Origin: an uncultured Verrucomicrobiota bacterium
GTDB taxonomy: Bacteria; Verrucomicrobiota; Verrucomicrobiia; Limisphaerales; UBA8199
Length of the DNA stretch: 32,104 nucleotides
NCBI GenBank assembly: GCA_964531815.1
Contig: CAZHEW010000003.1
Span: forward strand, 1-32,104
Direction: 5' to 3'
The first letter of the stretch is position 1. Each line of letters opens with the position of its first letter. Positions 16,776 through 24,779 of this stretch are shown here, piece after piece. The notes under the pieces are model-generated. The model had not been told where the DNA came from, ran no database searches, and saw only the letters and a program-made list of their open reading frames with translations. A program made the position numbers and the translations under genes.

Positions 16776-17501
16776 ATGGCAAAAACTGAAGTCATCCTTA
16801 CCCACCAGATCGTCGGCTTGGGCGCCGAGTCCGACCAAGTCAAAGTCGCCGCCGGTTACGCCCGCAATTTTCTCTTCCCGCAGGGCCTGGCCGTACCCTT
16901 AAGCTCCGCCAACAAGCGCCATATTGAAGCTCTCCGCAAACGTCGCGCCGAGCGCGAGGCTCACGAGTTCAACTCCATGAACGAGCTGGCCAAGAGCGTC
17001 TCGAAGCTTCTCTGCCTCATCACGGTCAAGACGGGCGAGGACGGCAAGATTTTCGGCACCGTCACCTCGGGCATGATCGCCGACCAGCTCAAGATCCAGT
17101 TCGACATCTCGCTGGATAAGAGGAAGATTCACCTCGAGAATCCCATCCGCGCCCTGGGCGAGCACGAGGTCGAGTTGCGGCTGCATGCGGACGTCACCAC
17201 CAAGCTCAAAGTCCGCGTCGAGAGCAGCACGCCGCTGCCGCCGCCCGAAGCGGCCGCGCCGGCCGGAGCCACGAAAGAAGAGCACCCCAAGACCGAAAAA
17301 CGCGGACGGCGGCCCGAAACCGCCCACCGCAAGCCTGAGGCCGCTCACGCCAAAGGCGAAACCGGCGAGAAGAAGTTTCACGGCCCGCGGACTGACCGGC
17401 ATGGGGGGCCCGACAAGGCCACCAAGCCGGACAAGGCGCCGAAAGCTGAAAAGGCTCCGGACGCCACGAAGTCTGCCGCCAAGCCGCCCAAGGCGCAGTA
17501 A
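16776..17501 (+). CDS. rplI: 50S ribosomal protein L9 with a ~90-aa Lys/Pro/Ala-rich C-terminal extension
   Basis: MAKTEVILTHQIVGLGAESDQVKVAAGYARNFLFPQGLAV matches the L9 N-domain. ATG at 16776, within track ORF 16728..17501. The body is followed by PPPEAAAPAG...KPDKAPKAEKAPDATKSAAKPPKAQ. Confidence 0.9.
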   Translation: MAKTEVILTHQIVGLGAESDQVKVAAGYARNFLFPQGLAVPLSSANKRHIEALRKRRAEREAHEFNSMNELAKSVSKLLCLITVKTGEDGKIFGTVTSGMIADQLKIQFDISLDKRKIHLENPIRALGEHEVELRLHADVTTKLKVRVESSTPLPPPEAAAPAGATKEEHPKTEKRGRRPETAHRKPEAAHAKGETGEKKFHGPRTDRHGGPDKATKPDKAPKAEKAPDATKSAAKPPKAQ

Positions 17502-17562
17502 CTCACGGGCGCCCCGAAATGTTTTCGTCGCCGGGGCATTGATCTGCGATTAGTTCACGCCG

Positions 17563-17598
17563 GGCAGGCAGCCCTTCGCTGCCTGCCTGTTTTCTTCC
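17563..17598 (+). terminator. Rho-independent terminator after rplI
   Basis: GGCAGGCAGC (17563-17572), loop CCTTC, GCTGCCTGCC (17578-17587), then TGTTTTCTTCC. It lies 60 nt after the rplI stop, in a convergent gap. Confidence 0.7.
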
Positions 17599-17606
17599 GG
17601 AGCGGA

Positions 17607-18191
17607 TTACCAGTCCTTCAACGACCGGCTCGAATCGCGCGATTTGCCGGCAGGTTTGGGCTGGAGCATCTTCTCATCCTCCTTTTGCGCGTCCAATAAC
17701 TGCCGGGCCTGCTCCTGCGTCATTTGTCCCAGCGACTGAGCGGCAGCGTCTTGCTCATTTGTCCCGCCAGACTCCTCGTTGGGCTGGGTGGAGCCTTGCT
17801 GTGCCTGCTGTTGTTCCTGCTTCTGTTGCTGGTCTTGCTGCTGTTCCCGGTCTTTCTGCTGCTGCTCAGCCTGCTGCTGCTGGGAGGAATCCTGGTTCTG
17901 GTCTCGTTGGCCCTGCTGCTTCTGCTGGTCTTGCTGCTGTTGCTGGTCCTGTTGCTGCTGATCCTGGTTCTGCTGTTGCTTTTTCTCTTCCTCTTTCAAC
18001 AACACAGCCATCCCGTTGAGCAATGGATCACTGGGATAGTGATGCAGGCCGGTCCCAATCTGAGTTCTGGCTTCGCGATCCTTCCCCCAGACAAAGGACT
18101 GCGCGCCGCCGTGGAAGTAGTCTTCGGCAGTTTGAGCGCCTAGCGAGAGAGCGGCAACCAGGAGGCTAATGTTTAGCAGAGTCTTGTACAC
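17607..18191 (-). CDS. Secreted Gln-rich low-complexity protein; last gene of the MoxR/VWA operon
   Basis: Signal peptide MYKTLLNISLLVAALSLGAQTA and a short TPR-like N-region. This is followed by ~90 aa of Q/D/E/K low complexity (QQQNQDQQQQDQQQQQDQQKQQ...). GTG start overlaps the preceding gene by 26 nt. Confidence 0.6.
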   Translation of the reverse strand: MYKTLLNISLLVAALSLGAQTAEDYFHGGAQSFVWGKDREARTQIGTGLHHYPSDPLLNGMAVLLKEEEKKQQQNQDQQQQDQQQQQDQQKQQGQRDQNQDSSQQQQAEQQQKDREQQQDQQQKQEQQQAQQGSTQPNEESGGTNEQDAAAQSLGQMTQEQARQLLDAQKEDEKMLQPKPAGKSRDSSRSLKDW

Positions 18192-19938
18192 CGGTTACTC
18201 CTTTCAGCCGCTTGATGAAGTCGGCGTAGTACTCAGTCGTTGAGTCTTGAGCCAGTTGGTCCTCCATAATCTTGAGGGCCTGGGAATACTCTTTCCGCCG
18301 CACCGCTTCGTCGGCCCTGGCCTTCGCCTGTTTTGCCGCTTCGCTGGGCTGCAGCTTGTTGGGCTGGTCTTGTTGCTCCTGCTGCTGCTTGAGTTCCTCC
18401 AGCTTCTTCTTGACGAATTCATAGTTGAACTTCGCATCCGGGTCCTGCGGGCTAAGCTTCATCGCGCTTTGGTAGTCCGTGAGCGCCTTTTCCCAGGCTT
18501 CCTTGCGCTGCTTGGGATCGGCGCTGCGCTCGCCAAGGTGGAACAGGGAATTGCCCTCGTTGTAGTAGGCCAATCCCTGAAGCTTCAGGTCAGGCGAGGA
18601 AAGCGCGGCGTTGAACTGCCTGGCCGCTTCCTCGAATTGCCGGTTGCGGTAAGCGGCGGCGCCGGCGTTGAAGTGAAGGCGGCTATCGTTGGTGTTCTGC
18701 CGAAGGAGGCGCTGGTATTCCTTGAATGCCTGGTCAAAGTTCCCGGCTTTGTATTCCCGCAGCGCGCTGGAGGGAGAGGCCAGAGCAGTGGCCGGCGCAC
18801 AAAGCAGCAGGGACGAGAGGGACAAAAGGGCCAGGAACGATGATTGAGCCTGGAGCATCGAGGATGCCGGGGAAGCCGGGGCGGCGCCGGGCGAACGGCT
18901 CCGCACTCCTTTAGCGGCTCGTGGGCGTTTGGCGGGCCGCTCGCGTGGTCGTTCCGGGGATAGCATTTCGATCAGCAACAGCGCAATCGCCGCCGCCAGC
19001 GGCCAGTAGTACCGCTCGTGATAGCGGCGGATGAACTTCTCCCGGTGTTGGGACTTGGGCAGGCTGGCCAGCCGGTCATCGTAAAGCGAGTCAATGGCCT
19101 TGGCCCCGCGCAAGGGGATGTAAGCGCCCCCTTCGCTTGTGAAGGCTATCCTCTTGAGCAAGTCTTCGTTCAGGTGCGACTTGACGACATTACCCTGTTC
19201 GTCGCGCACGTAATCGCTTCCCCCCTGAGGGTTCTGGACACGCAGAATCTCACCGTCGCTCGTGCCAATGCCCACCGTGAAAATGCGCAAGCCTTCCTGC
19301 GCGGCCTTCTCCGCCGCCGGCAGCGCGCCGGAATCGTGGTCCTCACCGTCCGTGAGCAGGACCAGCACTTTGTAGTTGTCGCCCTCCTTGTAGGCGGTCA
19401 GCGCCGTCTGAATCGCCTCCGCCAGCGCCGTGCCGCCCTGGGGAATGATGTTCACGTCCAGCGCCTCAACGCTCTGGCGGAAGGCCGAGTCGTCTATGGT
19501 CAGCGGGCATTGCAGGAACGCGGTGCCGGCGAAGGCGACCAGGCCGAGGCGGTCGGTCCTGGCGCGCTTCATCAGATCGAGCGCGGCGAGTTTGGCCCGG
19601 GCGAGGCGGTTCGGCGCGACGTCCGTCGCCAGCATGCTTCTCGAGGTGTCAATCGCCACAACGATGTCCAGCCCCCGCTGCTTGACCTCCTCCCAGTCGA
19701 ACCCCCACTGCGGCCGGGCCAGCGCCAGGACAAGACAGACCACGGCCAAAACGAGGCAGACCACGCGAATCCTCTCGCGCGTGGCGGAAAGGCCAACGGT
19801 CAACCCCGGCAACAGGCGCGCCTGGATGAACTGCGTGAGCAACTGCTGCCGCTGGCGACCGGCCCACCAGAAGAAGGCCAGCAGGACCGGCGGCAACGCC
19901 AGCAGCAGCCAGAGTACGTGGGGGTTGGCGAACGTCAT
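18166..19938 (-). CDS. BatB-like VWA-domain membrane protein fused in frame to a BatC-like TPR module
   Basis: MTFANPHVLWLLLALPP N-terminal TM, MIDAS motif DIVVAIDTSRSM, and a second TM YYWPLAAAIALLLIEM. A basic linker follows, then a signal-peptide-like segment MLQAQSSFLALLSLSSLLLCAPATALA and TPR-like repeats. The ATG at 19938 overlaps the batA-like stop (ATGA). Confidence 0.85.
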   Translation of the reverse strand: MTFANPHVLWLLLALPPVLLAFFWWAGRQRQQLLTQFIQARLLPGLTVGLSATRERIRVVCLVLAVVCLVLALARPQWGFDWEEVKQRGLDIVVAIDTSRSMLATDVAPNRLARAKLAALDLMKRARTDRLGLVAFAGTAFLQCPLTIDDSAFRQSVEALDVNIIPQGGTALAEAIQTALTAYKEGDNYKVLVLLTDGEDHDSGALPAAEKAAQEGLRIFTVGIGTSDGEILRVQNPQGGSDYVRDEQGNVVKSHLNEDLLKRIAFTSEGGAYIPLRGAKAIDSLYDDRLASLPKSQHREKFIRRYHERYYWPLAAAIALLLIEMLSPERPRERPAKRPRAAKGVRSRSPGAAPASPASSMLQAQSSFLALLSLSSLLLCAPATALASPSSALREYKAGNFDQAFKEYQRLLRQNTNDSRLHFNAGAAAYRNRQFEEAARQFNAALSSPDLKLQGLAYYNEGNSLFHLGERSADPKQRKEAWEKALTDYQSAMKLSPQDPDAKFNYEFVKKKLEELKQQQEQQDQPNKLQPSEAAKQAKARADEAVRRKEYSQALKIMEDQLAQDSTTEYYADFIKRLKGVTGVQDSAKH

Positions 19939-20933
19939 GGCAGCCTCCTCCAAACCGTGTGGCGCAAGAGAACCTCCAGCAGCAACAGGCCAAGGCCCGG
20001 CAGGATGAACCAGGCCAACAGCTCGTCGTAGTGCGAGTACTTCTTCACTTCGGCTTCGGTCTTCTCCAGCTTGTCAATCTCGGCGTAGATCGCTTGAAAG
20101 CGCTGCGAGTTGTCCGCGCGGTAGTATTTGCCCCCCGTCATGCCGGCAATCTTCTGGAGCGTGTCCTCGTCAATGTTCACCGGCTCCTGCCGGTAGCCGA
20201 CCTTGCGCCCGCCCCAAAAGACCGGCATCGGCGCCATGCCCCGCGTGCCGACGCCGATGGTATAGACCTTCACGCCGAGCTTCTGCGCAGCCTCGGCGAC
20301 CGTCAGGGGCGCGACCTTGCCGGAGTTGTTCTGGCCGTCGGTCATCAGGATCACAATCTTGCTCTTGGACTTGAGTTCGCGCAGGCGGTTGACCGCGGCG
20401 CTGAGAGCGGAGCCGATCGCCGTGCGGGTATCGTCAATAGTGCCCAGGTCGAGCCGCGCGAGGTTCTCCAGGAGAAAGTCGTGGTCCAGAGTCAGGGGCG
20501 AGGCGATATAGGCCTGGGTGGCAAAAGCCACGATGCCGATGCGGTCAGCCGGGCGTTTATCAATGAACTTCTTGAGCACTTCCTTGGCCATGGCCAGGCG
20601 GTTGAGTCGCTCGCGCCCCACCTCGAAGTCCTCCGAGGCCATGCTGCCGGACATGTCCAGCGCCACCGCGATGTCCACGCCGCTCGCGGTGACCCGTGTC
20701 TCGCTGCGGATCAGGCGCGGCTGGGCCAGCGCAACCATCAGCAGGGCGAGAATCAGCCAGCGCAGCGACGCCAGGAACGCCCCCGAGCGCGTGCGCGTCA
20801 CATTGAGAATGCCGCGCACCAGTTGAACCGACGAATACACGAAGGCCGGCGGCTTGCCTTGCTTGCCTTTCAACCAGCCCAGCACCGGCAGCAGCAGCAG
20901 CAACAGCAGGAGGTATGGATGGCCAAAGGTCAT
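19935..20933 (-). CDS. BatA-like VWA-domain membrane protein
   Basis: MTFGHPYLLLLLLLLPVLGWL N-terminal TM, MIDAS DIAVALDMSGSM, ILMTDGQNN, and a C-terminal TM. The ATG overlaps the upstream stop (ATGA at 20930-20933). Confidence 0.9.
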   Translation of the reverse strand: MTFGHPYLLLLLLLLPVLGWLKGKQGKPPAFVYSSVQLVRGILNVTRTRSGAFLASLRWLILALLMVALAQPRLIRSETRVTASGVDIAVALDMSGSMASEDFEVGRERLNRLAMAKEVLKKFIDKRPADRIGIVAFATQAYIASPLTLDHDFLLENLARLDLGTIDDTRTAIGSALSAAVNRLRELKSKSKIVILMTDGQNNSGKVAPLTVAEAAQKLGVKVYTIGVGTRGMAPMPVFWGGRKVGYRQEPVNIDEDTLQKIAGMTGGKYYRADNSQRFQAIYAEIDKLEKTEAEVKKYSHYDELLAWFILPGLGLLLLEVLLRHTVWRRLP

Positions 20934-21505
20934 GCTTGCGCGCCCGTCTTGACGGCCTCCAATGTGGCCATGATGGGCTCGGTTTCTTCCACCAGCCGCA
21001 CCGCCGACGAGTGCAGGTCCTCCAACTCGGGCAGGCCGGGCTCGTATTTGGCGAACTTCACCAGATCACAGCGCTTGAGAAACTCGCTCAGGCTTTCCTT
21101 TTGGCCCGGCGTCAGCAAATTCGTTTCCTGCAGTTCGTGGAGGAACTCCTCGGTGGTGCGCTCGGGCGCGTGGAAGTCGAACCGCTCCTCCAGATACCAG
21201 CGGACGGTATCGGACACGAGGATGCAGAACTCGCGCGGCTGGCCGATGAGGGCCAGCGCCTCGCGCAGCTTTTGCTTCGCGCGGATGTGCGGCGGCACAA
21301 CCGGGACCACCTTGGCCTGCGCGCGCCGTTTCTGCCAGTAGCGCCACGCCCAGAACGCCAGTGCGGCGGCCGCGAGCACCAGCAGCACCCAGAAAACCCA
21401 TGCCCAGCCGCTCGGGATCTCGACCGGCGGCTTGATGTCGCGCAGCGCGTTCGTTCCGGCGCCGGCAGCGGCCAGCGAACTTGGATGGAGGTTGGTAGCG
21501 GTCAT
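20930..21505 (-). CDS. DUF4381-like single-pass membrane protein
   Basis: LRDIKPPVEIPSGWAWVFWVLLVLAAAALAFWAWRYW followed by a helical C-domain is the typical DUF4381 pattern. This is the usual position between DUF58 and the VWA genes. Start taken as ATG at 21505; the track start at 21601 spans a heptamer repeat. Confidence 0.7.
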   Translation of the reverse strand: MTATNLHPSSLAAAGAGTNALRDIKPPVEIPSGWAWVFWVLLVLAAAALAFWAWRYWQKRRAQAKVVPVVPPHIRAKQKLREALALIGQPREFCILVSDTVRWYLEERFDFHAPERTTEEFLHELQETNLLTPGQKESLSEFLKRCDLVKFAKYEPGLPELEDLHSSAVRLVEETEPIMATLEAVKTGAQA

Positions 21506-21569
21506 CGGTCCGAAGCGGGGTGCGTGCTGCGTGGCGCATGTTGGAAGTGGGATGCCCCCATGACGGTTC

Positions 21570-21604
21570 CCGCGCCACACGCCACGCGCCACACGCCACA
21601 CGCC
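21570..21604. repeat. 5 x 7-bp tandem repeat (minus strand GGCGTGT/GGCGCGT)
   Basis: Plus-strand units are CCGCGCC, ACACGCC, ACGCGCC, ACACGCC, ACACGCC. It lies in the 130-nt gap between DUF58 and DUF4381, in an otherwise tightly packed operon. Confidence 0.8.
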
Positions 21605-21635
21605 GGCTTCAGGGCTTGCACTGGTCCGCCCATAC

Positions 21636-22592
21636 TTAACCTCTCAGCCTCCGTTTCTCACGGGTCTCGAAGAACCGGCCCAACTCCGCCGCATAGGGCT
21701 GGTCGGTCCGCAGGCGGATGGCGTCTATGCCGGCGGAACGGAACAGTCGCGCCAGGTCCGCCTGGGCCCGGGCCTGCCGTTCGGCGAAGGCGGCGCGCTT
21801 GCGCTCGTCGCTGGTGTTGATCTCGACGACTTCGCCCGTTTCGGCGTCGTTGAGCACCAACCGGCCCAGCGCCGGCAGTTCCAGCTCATACCGGTCCGTG
21901 ATCTGGACAGCGACCACGTCATGGCGGCGGTGGGCCTGGCGCAGCATGGTCAGCGAGGCCTGGGCCAGCGATTCCAGCAACATCACCTGGGGACGGATTC
22001 TGCGGCGGCGCCGGCCGGTCACCTCGGAGGGCGAACCGATGAAGTCGGAAATCAGCACGGCGATGGCCCGGTGCGGCGTCACGCGCAGCAAGAACTCCAG
22101 CGCGCCGTTCAAATCCGTCCCGCGATGATGCGGCTCGAAGAAGAGCACTTCGCGGATGACTCGCAGGACGTGGCGGCGGCCCTTGCGGGGCGGGATGAAC
22201 TTCTCCACCTCGTCCGTGAACAGGATCAGCCCCACCTTGTCGTTGTTGCGGATGGCCGAGAAGGCCAGCACGGACGCTATCTCGGCCGCCAGCTCGCGTT
22301 TGGATTGGGCGTGCGAGCCGAACCGGCCCGAGCCGCTGGCGTCCACCACCAGCATGAGCGTCAGCTCGCGTTCCTCCACAAACTTCTTCACGAACGGATG
22401 GTTCATCCGCGCCGTGACGTTCCAGTCAATCGAGCGCACCTCGTCCCCGGGCTGATACTCGCGCACCTCGTCGAAGTTCATCCCCTGCCCTTTGAAGACG
22501 CTATGGTACTGGCCCGCCAGCGTCTCGCTCACCAGCCGGTTGGTCCGAATCTCAATCTGCCGGATCTTCTTGAGGATTTCGCGCGGGATCAT
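21636..22592 (-). CDS. DUF58 protein (MoxR-associated, VWA-like fold)
   Basis: YHSVFKGQGMNFDEVREYQPGDEVRSIDWNVTAR is the DUF58 signature. Confidence 0.9.
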   Translation of the reverse strand: MIPREILKKIRQIEIRTNRLVSETLAGQYHSVFKGQGMNFDEVREYQPGDEVRSIDWNVTARMNHPFVKKFVEERELTLMLVVDASGSGRFGSHAQSKRELAAEIASVLAFSAIRNNDKVGLILFTDEVEKFIPPRKGRRHVLRVIREVLFFEPHHRGTDLNGALEFLLRVTPHRAIAVLISDFIGSPSEVTGRRRRRIRPQVMLLESLAQASLTMLRQAHRRHDVVAVQITDRYELELPALGRLVLNDAETGEVVEINTSDERKRAAFAERQARAQADLARLFRSAGIDAIRLRTDQPYAAELGRFFETREKRRLRG

Positions 22593-22598
22593 GACGCA

Positions 22599-22832
22599 TC
22601 AGTGATGCTTGGCAAGCGACGGATCGTTCCGCCTCCTTGCTGCATGGGCCAGCCGGGCGACAACATAGGCCAGGGCTGCAATTGTCCCCGAGATAAGCGG
22701 CGTAATGTCTGCTGCCGATCCAGTGGTTAGAGTTTCCAGGCTCACGAATGTAGTGTAAGCTGCGGCCAGCACGCATACCCAGATGGCCAGGAGTGTTACC
22801 ACGAGCAGAGAGCTTCGAGCGGGTTTTCTCAC
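22599..22832 (-). CDS. Small two-TM membrane protein (hypothetical)
   Basis: 77 codons with two hydrophobic stretches (SLLVVTLLAIWVCVLAAAY and ISGTIAALAYVVARLA). The GTG start overlaps the stop of the moxR-3'-end relic (GTGA). Third-position GC is lower than in neighbouring genes, so coding status is uncertain. Confidence 0.4.
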   Translation of the reverse strand: MRKPARSSLLVVTLLAIWVCVLAAAYTTFVSLETLTTGSAADITPLISGTIAALAYVVARLAHAARRRNDPSLAKHH

Positions 22833-22910
22833 GGCACTGGCAGTTCGTCGAATATGTTCTGGATAATGCTCTCGCTGGTCTTCCCTCGGCCTCGCCGTTC
22901 ACGCGATCGG
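22829..22910 (-). pseudogene. Degenerate duplicate of the moxR 3' terminus
   Basis: 22829-22882 aligns without gaps to 23392-23445 with 49/54 identical. After a 1-nt deletion, 11 more identical nt follow. It translates as KTSESIIQNIFDELPVP*, against KTSETIIQKIFDELPVP* in the real MoxR C-terminus. Confidence 0.75.
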
Positions 22911-23165
22911 CTGCGTGTCCAGCAGGTGGCACACCTCGATGCCGTCGTCCAGGTCCGGCCAGTAAATCGCGTAGCCGCCCGGCTCCAGCGACCAGTTGGC
23001 CCGCTGCTTGGGGGTGGCCTTGGCGAGCCATTTCAGCCACGGCACCTCGGCCAGCGGCAGGCTGATCTCGCGTCCGTCGTCCAGCCGGACATGCAGCGTG
23101 CCGTTGGTGAAACGGACCCCCTTCGCGTGAACTCGTTCAGTGCTTTTAGCGGTCAAAGTGCTCAT
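22899..23165 (-). CDS. DUF2442-family small protein
   Basis: The 88-aa pattern V..V.F.NGTLHVRLDDGREISLPL...GYAIYWPDLDDGIEV fits DUF2442 (PF10387) as recalled from memory. Its start overlaps the preceding gene by 20 nt. Confidence 0.75.
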   Translation of the reverse strand: MSTLTAKSTERVHAKGVRFTNGTLHVRLDDGREISLPLAEVPWLKWLAKATPKQRANWSLEPGGYAIYWPDLDDGIEVCHLLDTQPIA

Positions 23166-23379
23166 GCCATGCCTGCAATAGTCTGGTTTCGTTCAATTCA
23201 GTCAGCTTCAGTATCTTGTGCAGCTCTGCTTTATTATAGCCATGATCGTGTTCGACTTCGAGAACGCCTAGCCAGATTTTCGCCACGCGCTCAGCCCGGA
23301 TGACGTGCACATGCGGCGGCTCGTGCACATCGGACGAGTAGAACCGGAATTTGTAACCGCCAATCAGGATGGTCGGCAT
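23146..23379 (-). CDS. DUF4160-family small protein
   Basis: 77 aa. MPTILIGGYKFRFYSSDVHEPPHVHV... fits DUF4160 (PF13711) as recalled from memory. The gene is visibly more A/T-rich than its flanks. Confidence 0.75.
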   Translation of the reverse strand: MPTILIGGYKFRFYSSDVHEPPHVHVIRAERVAKIWLGVLEVEHDHGYNKAELHKILKLTELNETRLLQAWHEHFDR

Positions 23380-23391
23380 AAGATGCTTCGC

Positions 23392-24381
<990 letters not shown>

Positions 24382-24661
24382 TGGTCTTGAAATCTTACTC
24401 TGCGATGGACAGCAAAACCAGAAAATGCGTTCAACCCAAACCCCCTGTCAAAGCCGCATTTGCTCCCCAGCACGGGATCTGGTATAGGAAAGACGGGCTG
24501 TTGGATGGGACAAAGCTGTATTACGCCACGGGCTTTGGTGGCGGCCAAGCTCAAAGGGATTGGCGCTTTGGCTCAGATGCTGCTTCGCATATGAAGCTGT
24601 CACGGCCCGTTGAGAATGCAGTTACTGGTGCTTAGTTGCATGGATAAGCAATACATGCATC

Positions 24662-24718
24662 GCCGCGTGAGGGCACGCGGCCTGCACGGGGTTTGTAAAC
24701 CGCGTGCCCTCAAGCGGC
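24662..24718. promoter_or_regulatory. Long imperfect inverted repeat (19-bp arms, 18/19 complementary) upstream of the C10 peptidase gene
   Basis: GCCGCGTGAGGGCACGCGG (24662-24680), a 19-nt spacer, then CCGCGTGCCCTCAAGCGGC (24700-24718). It lies 61 nt upstream of the GTG at 24780, in a divergent intergenic region. Confidence 0.5.
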
Positions 24719-24779
24719 GGCATCCCGAAGTCCTGCAATTGAGCACCAGCAAACCCAGCCTAGAAGAATAGGACACCTC

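Noticed and set aside
17724-18143. Leu/Cys-rich plus-strand ORFs (17724..18143, 17759..18019, 17779..17961).
   Set aside because: They are mirror-image translations of the CAG/CTG tract. The minus-strand gene has a signal peptide and an operon context.
22552-23040. 162-aa minus-strand ORF and 22793..23065 / 22854..23303 plus-strand ORFs over the cassette region.
   Set aside because: They overlap the better-supported DUF2442 ORF, the small-TM ORF and the moxR relic in other frames. They have no motifs of their own.
22899-23391. Search for an integrase, transposase or terminal inverted repeats belonging to the DUF4160/DUF2442 cassette.
   Set aside because: No such ORF or inverted terminal repeat was seen in any frame within or beside the cassette. 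I therefore do not call it a mobile element, only an insertion with a duplicated target end.
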